DNA from: Lachnospiraceae bacterium
Lineage (GTDB): Bacteria; Bacillota; Clostridia; Lachnospirales; Lachnospiraceae
Reading direction: 5' to 3'
NCBI GenBank assembly: GCA_017443065.1
Contig: JAFSPF010000079.1
Location: forward strand, 11,326 to 75,325
Length of the DNA stretch: 64,000 bases
The position numbers and the translations under genes are program-made. Below are positions 49,758-57,738 of this stretch, piece after piece. Every line of letters begins with the position of its first letter. Position 1 is the first letter of the stretch. The notes below the pieces were generated by a model that saw nothing but the letters and a program-made list of their open reading frames with translations, did not search any database and was not told the origin of the DNA.

Positions 49758-51464
49758 TCAGACCCTTCGACCACATGCTGCGCTCTCCGATAACTGATAT
49801 GCGGCACAGATTTGTTGTATCGCAGAATCCATACTTTTACAGCATTGTGACTGTTGTGTGATCTGCTCACAGATCGCAAGAACTGTGCTCTTTACGCTCG
49901 CAAGCTCTCCGCGCAGGGAATGCGCGATACTCTCGGCTCTTGCGCTACAGGATAACAGTTGTGTTGACTGCTGGGTCATCATGGATGCGGCGGTTTGCAG
50001 TTTATCGGGGACGACAAAAAAAGCTCTGTCCGATCCGCCTGGGGTGCTCTGATTTTCCTCTTTTGGCACGTAGTCATCTATAAAATATGGCGTCTTGTCT
50101 CTACGAAATTCATTGATTTCAATTTCATCCATCTTTTCTCCGGTGCGGATAAGAAGTATATATAGTCTTCTACACTGTTCATCCGTCAAATCTATACCGC
50201 AATCGCGGAAGATCTCCTTGATGTTCAACATGGACCGGCCGAATACAGCCCCACGAGCGCCTTCGTATTTCAGAAATTCGTCCAGTAGTGGCGAATCCAA
50301 CAAAAGTGCTTTTGTAAAAATCAGCCCCTTTTTGTTCTCGTCTGTTATATCGCCCAATAACACGTCGGCAATCGAAAAAAACACATCCGGGTACCTTTTC
50401 TGATACTCCCTCGCATATGCCAATAAATACGCAACATGATCCACGTTTTCATTTGAGGTAAGTAGTGAAATAATCTCTGATTTCCCAAGTTCTCCAGTTC
50501 TGGCTCCCTGCACAATCTCTCCCACGAGTGCAAGTGCTTCATTTCTGTTTGTCTCCGACATTGACCTTAAATAACTGTTCAGAAATAAATCAAACTCCTT
50601 CATCATAGGATCTCTTTCACCGGGGATCATTGAATAAGATCCGTTTTCATCAAAGTGCAGATAGGCGTTCGGACAATGATTCTCCACAAATCCGCCGCTG
50701 CCGATGTTCGCGGCCTTGAAATAATAATCCCTTCCCACCTGATTCAGCAGCGCATTCGCGAAATCGCTTTCAGCATTCAGATTGACTATCTTGTCATGAG
50801 CCACTCCTACCTCATATGCATATGTTTCCATAAATTCATCCGAAAAACCCTGACCATCCATAGAGATGCATCTGTCAATCGCTCTTGGCGCCCCCTCTGC
50901 CGCATCCAGAATTGTTACGTACTTTGCCTTATTTCCTCCCTTGGAGTGACCGATGACCGTAATATAATCATCGCTACTTAACAGCCCGTTTCCATTCTCT
51001 CCAAAAAGGCTTTCATACCATTCCTTTGCCCGTTCCTGCGCAGGACTCGAAATCCCGTCAGCGGTCTGCTGGTTTCCTCCAATTGCAAAGTTGTCGGCCC
51101 ACTCTGTTTTCGTTGATCCGCGAAACGCGATCACGTTTTCCTGTGTCTCCGGATTTCTGAACAAAACCGCCGTGCCCTCACGACTGCGAGTCCCAACGGT
51201 CTCCTGATGCACATTGCGGATTTCCATGTTCATCAGCACCGGATCCTGTTCAATCGCCTCAATAATCTGCTTCCACTCTTCTTTCGTCGTGTGGACGTAT
51301 TCATCATTTGATGCAGGAACGTTATCAAAATCTATTGTGCTTATTAAATCACCTACCGTATGACCCTCAAAAAAAGTTATATCACGCATGCCCGCATCTC
51401 TTTCGTGCGGCATATAAGTAAGGTTTTCCAACAAAACCAACTGTTCATAGCTAAGCGTGTCCAT
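49758..51464 (-). CDS. Mbeg1-like/DUF2974 alpha/beta-hydrolase (lipase-type) with a C-terminal WXG100/LXG-like helical hairpin; candidate secreted toxin
   Basis: VIAFRGSTKTEW..ITVIGHSKGGNKAKY..SMDGQGF..ENHCPNAY gives a GxSxG nucleophile elbow with Asp and His candidates. No signal peptide. The last ~90 aa, FFVVPDKLQTAASMMTQQSTQLL...SLRGELAS..., resemble the start of an ESAT-6/LXG domain, with L-x-G about 36 residues in. ATG at 51464 is preceded by AAGGGAGAGG. Confidence 0.8.
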   Translation of the reverse strand: MDTLSYEQLVLLENLTYMPHERDAGMRDITFFEGHTVGDLISTIDFDNVPASNDEYVHTTKEEWKQIIEAIEQDPVLMNMEIRNVHQETVGTRSREGTAVLFRNPETQENVIAFRGSTKTEWADNFAIGGNQQTADGISSPAQERAKEWYESLFGENGNGLLSSDDYITVIGHSKGGNKAKYVTILDAAEGAPRAIDRCISMDGQGFSDEFMETYAYEVGVAHDKIVNLNAESDFANALLNQVGRDYYFKAANIGSGGFVENHCPNAYLHFDENGSYSMIPGERDPMMKEFDLFLNSYLRSMSETNRNEALALVGEIVQGARTGELGKSEIISLLTSNENVDHVAYLLAYAREYQKRYPDVFFSIADVLLGDITDENKKGLIFTKALLLDSPLLDEFLKYEGARGAVFGRSMLNIKEIFRDCGIDLTDEQCRRLYILLIRTGEKMDEIEINEFRRDKTPYFIDDYVPKEENQSTPGGSDRAFFVVPDKLQTAASMMTQQSTQLLSCSARAESIAHSLRGELASVKSTVLAICEQITQQSQCCKSMDSAIQQICAAYQLSESAACGRRV

Positions 51465-51487
51465 GCCTCTCCCTTTCGCAAATATGC

Positions 51488-52282
51488 TCACTTACATAAA
51501 AAGCTATACGTAAACACTCTATTATTAAAACTCTCATCTTCAAATATATCTATCATAAATCCTCCGTGTATTTTTTTTTCAAATATAAGTTGCTCTATCC
51601 TTTTTGTCGCCCCTTCGTAGTCCTCTCCCTCTATGTCCTCTGCACATAGCGAAAAAAACACCATGGTGCTAATTTTCATCGAAAGAATATCCTCTACTGT
51701 AACACTCTCCCCATATTGTTCTCCCAGCGCATTACTAAAGCGGATTGTCACGTCCCTAATCCGAATTCCTTCTTCCAGCAGGAGCGATTCAAAAAAGTCT
51801 TCAAAATCATCCTTAACAATTTCGCAGAAAAAAGTATCCTCAATATTGACTACCTTTGCACTATCCTCTACATCGACAAATACGTCAACTATAAATAACT
51901 CATTGTATGTCAACGCATCATCAAACTTGTCTCTTTCATAAAAAAAGAACTTCGCCATTCTCCTGTCTTTTGTTATGTTCTCCCCATCCAAGATTATGAA
52001 ATCATACGACGGATACTTCCTGTTTAGGTACTCTTTGGCTGTTCTGGAATGATTCAGAAACGTTTTCTGATACCCAAACAATTCACCTTCTTCTATCCTC
52101 TCCTCTCCAAGAAAAACTCTTTTCAATAACGCCTTCTCTTCCTCTGTCATTTCGACGCGTTCTTCTTCCGCCGGTGAATCCCCGGACATATTCGTATTCC
52201 CCGACGCGCATCCCGTCAGGAGTAAAACAACAATAAGACTGCATATATACCGAAGCAGCCTGCTTGAACTATTTTTCCTCAT
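51488..52282 (-). CDS. lipoprotein, island family D (copy 2); candidate immunity protein
   Basis: Lipobox LLTGCA. Paralogue of 48724..49461. Its stop is 23 nt upstream of the lipase start. Confidence 0.8.
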   Translation of the reverse strand: MRKNSSSRLLRYICSLIVVLLLTGCASGNTNMSGDSPAEEERVEMTEEEKALLKRVFLGEERIEEGELFGYQKTFLNHSRTAKEYLNRKYPSYDFIILDGENITKDRRMAKFFFYERDKFDDALTYNELFIVDVFVDVEDSAKVVNIEDTFFCEIVKDDFEDFFESLLLEEGIRIRDVTIRFSNALGEQYGESVTVEDILSMKISTMVFFSLCAEDIEGEDYEGATKRIEQLIFEKKIHGGFMIDIFEDESFNNRVFTYSFLCK

Positions 52283-52373
52283 TTCGCATACCCTTTTGTC
52301 TGTGAAACGATCTTAGATAAGTTTACAGAGACTCCTTTCCCCGTTTCTCGGGATCTGTTATACACGATTACCG

Positions 52374-52458
52374 CTCTTTATTCTTTTGCATAATCGTAAA
52401 TCAATATCATCCCAAAAGCAACGTATGGATTGTTGTTGCGGATAATTTCTGCATTACC
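52374..52458 (-). pseudogene. 85-bp remnant of a family-B gene 3' end
   Basis: Near-identical to 47583..47667, the last 26 codons plus stop of the B1 gene. It would read GNAEIIRNNNPYVAFGMILIYDYAKE*, but it is out of frame with B2. The remnant supplies B2's stop codon. Confidence 0.8.
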
Positions 52459-53395
52459 ATATTATCGCATACCGCTCTTCATCTCCCCACTTTTTAATCA
52501 CCGATGTTTTACCAGCACTAATATCCAGCAAAATCAGTCTTGAAATACCGGAGCCGGTGATACCATGATTTTCTTCCTGAAAGAGAAGATATTTCCCATC
52601 CGGCGAAATAGCGTAAACATTTGTAACAAACCCGGCTTCACACAGCAATCTGCTTGTCTCCGTTTCCGTGTCAAGGATATACCATCCCGTTTTGTCGTCA
52701 TGATAAATCAAGCTTCCATCTGAACCAATGACGTATTCAAAACTATGATTGGAATCTGTGCGCAGATATCTTTCTTCCTCACCTGTATATACATTAATCT
52801 TTTTTAACCAACCTTTGTACGCTGACACATAAACAGTATCGCTATCAATCCACCGGTATGCCACTCCACCGCCACGGTACTCCCGGGGAAACCCTTCTAA
52901 TAATACACATTCTCCATCGCTATATAGCCAAAGCCTGCTGCAATAATAAAAACTAATACCGCCACCCGGATGATATGCCACACGCCAAGCCGGACTATGA
53001 TTCTTCTCTACCCCTTCCTCCTCCAAATATCTTTCCATCTCTTCTACGGTGACTAATATCGTTTCTTCACCTGTGGATAAATCGTACTCCACAAGTAATA
53101 CACCGTTTCCACTCGTTGTCGCGGCAATTTTCGACTTGCTTTCGTCCAGTCCAAGCGATAAATACACGCGTCCCTCTGCCTGGAGCACGGTTTCATCCTT
53201 CTCCCCATTCATATTCCTTCGTATGATCTTTCCATTTCCGCCATCTCCCGGAGTTGAAACATAAAAATCCGGTTCATCCATTTTCTTTATCTTCCGGCCA
53301 AAGAATAACAGTGCCAAAATCGCACCGCCTGCAACTAAAAACAATACTATCGCAATAATCATTCTTTTATTTACGACGCCATTCTGCATTGCCAT
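52454..53395 (-). CDS. membrane-anchored TolB-like beta-propeller protein, island family B (copy 2)
   Basis: N-terminal TM helix. Motifs WRVAYHPGGGISFYYC and ISPDGKYLLF. Paralogue of 47587..48528. Confidence 0.8.
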   Translation of the reverse strand: MAMQNGVVNKRMIIAIVLFLVAGGAILALLFFGRKIKKMDEPDFYVSTPGDGGNGKIIRRNMNGEKDETVLQAEGRVYLSLGLDESKSKIAATTSGNGVLLVEYDLSTGEETILVTVEEMERYLEEEGVEKNHSPAWRVAYHPGGGISFYYCSRLWLYSDGECVLLEGFPREYRGGGVAYRWIDSDTVYVSAYKGWLKKINVYTGEEERYLRTDSNHSFEYVIGSDGSLIYHDDKTGWYILDTETETSRLLCEAGFVTNVYAISPDGKYLLFQEENHGITGSGISRLILLDISAGKTSVIKKWGDEERYAIIW

Positions 53396-53577
53396 TTACC
53401 TGCCTCTTCTTTTATTCTCCGGATATTTTACCACACTCGCCTCCTGTTCCGCCATCCTTGGCGGAACCTAAAGACAGTCGGCCCGGTAGTATCGCACATC
53501 CGTGTGCAGATACCACGGCTTGATATACTATGGGTATACGACAGCACATAAAAGTATTGCTCCTCGTATGCAATCGC

Positions 53578-53606
53578 TTGAGAATTTAGCATAATCATGC
53601 TAAAAT
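53578..53606 (+). promoter_or_regulatory. promoter with embedded operator palindrome for the toxin-antitoxin pair
   Basis: TTGAGA, a 17-nt spacer, then TAAAAT. A perfect 8-bp inverted repeat TTTAGCAT-aatc-ATGCTAAA (53585-53604) spans the spacer and the -10 element. Confidence 0.6.
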
Positions 53607-53630
53607 ACCGGAGAAGGAGAGGGATGAAGC

Positions 53631-53912
53631 ATGAAAGGAACCATCAGACCTGTATCAGATTTAAGAAACAACTTTGCGGATATTTCAAAAGTGGTGCATG
53701 AAACGGGACAGCCGGTGTTTCTGACGAAAAACGGGTATGGCGATATGGTTGTCATGTCAATGGAAGCCTACGAGAATATGGAATTTGAGAGTGAAGTGTA
53801 CCACAAACTGAAAGAAGCGGAGCGGGAAGCGGAACTGACAAATCAGCGTTTTTCTTCAAAGGAAGTACTTGTCGCGATCAGGCAGGCGATCAGGGTGCCC
53901 GTACATGGGTAA
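53631..53912 (+). CDS. type II antitoxin, Phd/YefM family
   Basis: The sequence IRPVSDLRNNFADISKVVHETGQPVFLTKNGYGDMVVMSMEAYE is a typical Phd/YefM N-terminal domain. AAGGAGAGGG RBS. Confidence 0.88.
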   Translation: MKGTIRPVSDLRNNFADISKVVHETGQPVFLTKNGYGDMVVMSMEAYENMEFESEVYHKLKEAEREAELTNQRFSSKEVLVAIRQAIRVPVHG

Positions 53913-54222
53913 ATACAAGGTGGAATACCTGCCGCTTGCCATGAAAGATATGGTTGATATCGCTGCCTATATCAGCGGAGAGCTCTGCAACCCGGACGCG
54001 GCACAAGCACTCGCGGAACAATTTGTTTCGTGCGGAGACGAACTCGCAAAGTATCCGTACCGTAACGGTGTCTATGTGCCGGCAAAGAAGTTGAAGCATG
54101 AGTATCGGAGAGTTCTTGTCGGGCATTACGGAATGTACTATTGGGTTGACGAAGAAGCACGGAGCGTGACGATTGCGCGTGTCATCTATCAGCGGCGGGA
54201 TATGGACAGACTTCTTGATTGA
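53905..54222 (+). CDS. type II toxin, RelE/ParE family
   Basis: An 8-nt overlap (ATGGGTAA) with the antitoxin gene. The pattern YKVEYLPLAMKDMVDIAAYI...YRRVLVGHYGMYYWVDEEARSVTIARVIYQRRD fits ParE/RelE. Confidence 0.85.
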   Translation: MGKYKVEYLPLAMKDMVDIAAYISGELCNPDAAQALAEQFVSCGDELAKYPYRNGVYVPAKKLKHEYRRVLVGHYGMYYWVDEEARSVTIARVIYQRRDMDRLLD

Positions 54223-54283
54223 CGCGCGGTATTGTGTTTTGAGGTTGTAGTAAAGACTCCTTCAATCCAAAGGGGAAGACGGA

Positions 54284-54631
54284 TTGCAAAATAAGACACT
54301 ATCAAAACCGATTACCATAACAATCACATTGACGTTGGCGGCTTCAGTCCTTACGTCAGTCATTGTGTACCTGACAAATCAGAATCTGATTGATAGCGGG
54401 CATTACACAAATGCGGATGGTTTTTGGGAAATGGCACAAATTGCCTTTTGGATTCAGACAGCGGTAGTTTGCGCAATCAGCATACCGTTGGCTGTTTGGA
54501 TGGCGCCGAAAGAAAAAATGCTGCTTGCAGTAATCCTGGCGGTGGTATTGCCGGTAATCATAGGAGTGGTTGCTGCTATTGTAGCGTATATTGCAGTCTT
54601 TTTTGTCTTGCTCAAGATTTACAATGCATAA
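54284..54631 (+). CDS. small integral membrane protein (3-4 TM), function unknown
   Basis: TTG start with AGGGGAAG upstream. The sequence is hydrophobic throughout. Confidence 0.55.
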   Translation: MQNKTLSKPITITITLTLAASVLTSVIVYLTNQNLIDSGHYTNADGFWEMAQIAFWIQTAVVCAISIPLAVWMAPKEKMLLAVILAVVLPVIIGVVAAIVAYIAVFFVLLKIYNA

Positions 54632-54648
54632 CGGTAGGAGGATGATAA

Positions 54649-54738
54649 ATGGAGTTCTATATTGTACTGGCGGTGTTCGGTGCGATTATGGGAATACTGT
54701 TTTTCCTTTTGGCACTGTCTAAATATGGAGTCCGCTGA
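54649..54738 (+). CDS. 29-aa hydrophobic peptide ORF (absent from the ORF track)
   Basis: TAGGAGGATGATAA precedes the ATG at good RBS spacing. It encodes MEFYIVLAVFGAIMGILFFLLALSKYGVR, a single TM helix with a basic tail. Confidence 0.5.
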   Translation: MEFYIVLAVFGAIMGILFFLLALSKYGVR

Positions 54739-54788
54739 TTTCAACCGGAATACCAGGGGAAGGTTTTGCTGCCTGTGGGGAGAATGAC

Positions 54789-55893
54789 ATGAACTGTTTC
54801 GTGAAGAAATCCGGAAAACGCATTTACAGAACGCTGCGCCGTGTGACAGTGATGGTCATGGCGGTATTGGTGTGCCTGACCGCCTGTGAATCGGCTAAGG
54901 AACGTGAAGAACGTATCGAAAATGAAAACCAATGGCAGGAACAGGGCATGAAGAACGCGGAGCGATATGTCCTTGAAAAGTACGGCATTCAGGCAAAGGC
55001 ACTGGATGTGGCATTTGATACGGCATATCCGACCGGCGCGGTTTTGGCATCTCCCCGGAACACAATGTCTATGACAGTCAGGATGCGCGCGGGGGACAAA
55101 GAATTTGGTGTATACATCAACGGGGACAGTGAAGAGTTTGCGCACTATACGAGGGACAATTATCAAAGAGAAGAGATACTGGCAGCGATCAAAGCCAGAG
55201 CGTCTGAAACTTACGGTGAACCGCTGGTGTTTTCTTTCCGCGTGGGGCAAAACCTGCCGAGAGGAGACTACGGGCCGGAAATCTATGATACGCACTTCCG
55301 GACGTTTTATGACGGGAATCTATTGTCTTTCCTTTCGCTCCGAAGAAGACCGGCAGACATATCACACAAAAATGTCGAATTCGCAAAAATACACAGAGGT
55401 GGAACCGATCGGATTATATATGGATTATTATCTGAGAGACGGAGAGAATAAAGAACGCGTAAAATGCTACTATACCTTGTGTAAGCATGACGGCTTTTTC
55501 TATACCCTTCGGAATATGCCGGAAAACGCGGTGATGATTGAAACGGCAGATGAGCATCCGGGCGTATTCGCGGGGAAGAACAAAAACGGGAAGAGCTACT
55601 ATACCTGTTCTCCCACATACCGTGTCCGGCTCAGGGATGAATACAAAGATGCGTTTGACAGTATTTGGAGGTACAGTGTAACCGTTTATTATCCCGGGAG
55701 CGGCATCACCGTCGGGAAAGATTACGAGGGCTTTAAGTATTCGGTTGAAATGTATTATGACAGGTACAACCGGTTGATTGATTTCAATTCGCAGACGTTG
55801 CATGATGCCTATGACGGTAAGTTTCATTTGTACATAGACACCTCAGACACTGAGGTGGATGCGATCGAATTTGCGATTGCCACGCAGCCTTAA
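54789..55893 (+). pseudogene. disrupted family-A lipoprotein gene (copy 2): internal deletion plus frameshift
   Basis: ORFs 54789..55451 and 55105..55893 together align with the protein of 44107..45294. About 40 codons are missing after HFRTFYDG, and the frame shifts near 55315-55325. The N-terminus carries the lipobox LTAC. Confidence 0.8.
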
Positions 55894-55916
55894 AAACCGG
55901 AGCAACAAAAAGCAGA

Positions 55917-57623
55917 CTACCCGATCAGAACGGTCTTCCCCTCAAAGGCAAATCCGTACTTGCGGATGCGGTCTTCCGGGATCCCCTTTGCGACAAGAGA
56001 CGCGGCATATTGTTTTTCTTCGATCTGTGCATGCGCAGCGGCGACGGTGTCTTCGAGCGTCTTTTCGCCCTTCTTTTCGTTCTTTACTTTGAATTCAATG
56101 ATGATGGCGTCGTTTTCCGCGGGGTTCCTTGGTTCCAGTACAAGGTCATAGCGCCCGAAGCCGGATTCCCGGTTACTTGTGATAAGATAGCGGTCTTTCA
56201 ATTCCACCATCAGTCCCAGTGCAAAGCCATGGTAAAAGCGTTCCGGTTCACTCCTTTCGGACGGTTCGTTTCCGGTGTCAAAGGTTGAAAACGTCACCAG
56301 CGCCACGTCGTTCATGTACGCATTCATTTCTTCCTCTTCGCCCTTCAGGAGCGCCCGGATGAAGCGGTTGTAATTGGCATGTCCGTCCGCAAACCAGTCA
56401 CGGACCAGACCTTCGAACATATTCCGCACTTCCAGATTGGTCAGCGTAAGCCGGCACTGATTTGAATCCATCGTTTCCGCTTTCAGATACCCGCTTGCCA
56501 GCAGTATGCTCCAGATCGCTTTTTCCGAAGCGTTCATTCTCTTGAAAACAATCTCTTCATCGATCTCCGATACGATACTCCCGCCGCGCAGCAGTATCTC
56601 AAAATCCTGTTTGAGCTCTGTGGAGCCTTCCCTGATCAGACGTCCCGCAAGGGCATTGGAGGAGGTGTTGGCCCAATAGGGTTTCAGCTTTCCGTTATTG
56701 TCCAGGTAATTTGTGATGGACCAGGGATTGTAGATGCTGTTGACACTGCCGAAGGTAAAACCGTCATACCACTCCTTTACCGAATCCTTATCAGACAGCC
56801 CCTTCTCGTCCATGGCGGCAAAAACTTCTTCCTCCGTAAATCCGAAGCAGGTTTCATATTTATCAGACATGACGGATACGACTTTCAGGTTGTTCAGATC
56901 AGAAAAAAGAGATTCCTTTGAAATCCTTGTCACGCCCGTAATAACTGCGCGCTCCAGATGCGGATTGTCTTTGAACGTCGCGTTGAACATGCCGCGCAAA
57001 AACTGCGCGGCCTCATCCCAGAAACCGTGGAGCCACGCTTCCTGCATCGGGGAATCGTATTCGTCCAACAGCACAATGACTTTTTTACCGTGATATTTGG
57101 AAAGATATCCGCACAGTCTGTGGATGGCATCGCTGCCGTAAGCGTTTTCTTCGTCCGTCGCCATACGCTCAAAATGCGCCTTCAACATGCGATCGAAGTG
57201 CTCTTTTTCATCATCGCCGAGAATATCCCCTTCTGTCAGATAACGGTACCGTCCGTACAGCAGGGACATTTTGGAAAACAATTCGGTTTTCATGGTGTCA
57301 TAATCCGCCGGCTTGACGGAGGAGAATGTCAGATTGATCACGGGATATGTCCCCTGGATTGCGCGGTAGGTCTCATCCTCCCAGATGGAAAGCCCTTCGA
57401 ACAGGTCGGCGCGGTTTGCATAGGCTGTGGAAAAAAAGCATTCCAGCATGCTCATATTCAGCGTTTTTCCGAAGCGGCGCGGACGGGTGATCAGGGTGAC
57501 CTTGTCTCTCCCCTTCCACCATTCTTTGATAAAGGATGTTTTGTCCACGTAAAAACAGTCCTTTTCCCGGATATCCGTAAAATACTGTGCACCGATCGAA
57601 ACGGTTCTGCCTTTTTGCTCCAT
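55917..57623 (-). CDS. AAA-ATPase-like (DUF1703) plus PD-(D/E)XK nuclease-family protein
   Basis: FYVDKTSFIKEWW...ITRPRRFGKTLNMSMLECFF is characteristic of this family. C-terminal GRYDLVLEP...IIIEFK nuclease core. The start is chosen at MEQKGRT; the track start is 57737. Confidence 0.8.
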   Translation of the reverse strand: MEQKGRTVSIGAQYFTDIREKDCFYVDKTSFIKEWWKGRDKVTLITRPRRFGKTLNMSMLECFFSTAYANRADLFEGLSIWEDETYRAIQGTYPVINLTFSSVKPADYDTMKTELFSKMSLLYGRYRYLTEGDILGDDEKEHFDRMLKAHFERMATDEENAYGSDAIHRLCGYLSKYHGKKVIVLLDEYDSPMQEAWLHGFWDEAAQFLRGMFNATFKDNPHLERAVITGVTRISKESLFSDLNNLKVVSVMSDKYETCFGFTEEEVFAAMDEKGLSDKDSVKEWYDGFTFGSVNSIYNPWSITNYLDNNGKLKPYWANTSSNALAGRLIREGSTELKQDFEILLRGGSIVSEIDEEIVFKRMNASEKAIWSILLASGYLKAETMDSNQCRLTLTNLEVRNMFEGLVRDWFADGHANYNRFIRALLKGEEEEMNAYMNDVALVTFSTFDTGNEPSERSEPERFYHGFALGLMVELKDRYLITSNRESGFGRYDLVLEPRNPAENDAIIIEFKVKNEKKGEKTLEDTVAAAHAQIEEKQYAASLVAKGIPEDRIRKYGFAFEGKTVLIG

Positions 57624-57738
57624 GGAATCCGCCTTTCCTGCCCTTCCCATAGCAACTGAGACACCTTCATGATACCACAGGGAAGGCGGATTTGTCACAC
57701 GGGCACAAAAAGGACGGTTCTTTTTGTCCTTTTGCACG

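Noticed and set aside
54741-55295. 184-aa minus-strand ORF
   Set aside because: It is antisense to the family-A pseudogene, whose plus-strand frames align with the intact paralogue at 44107..45294.
42900-55900. Integrase, transposase, inverted terminal repeats or a tRNA-attachment site at the edges of the AT-rich block
   Set aside because: I looked at both junctions and at all ORFs and found no recombinase-like motif or matching terminal repeats. I therefore do not call the block a defined mobile element, only a compositionally foreign region.
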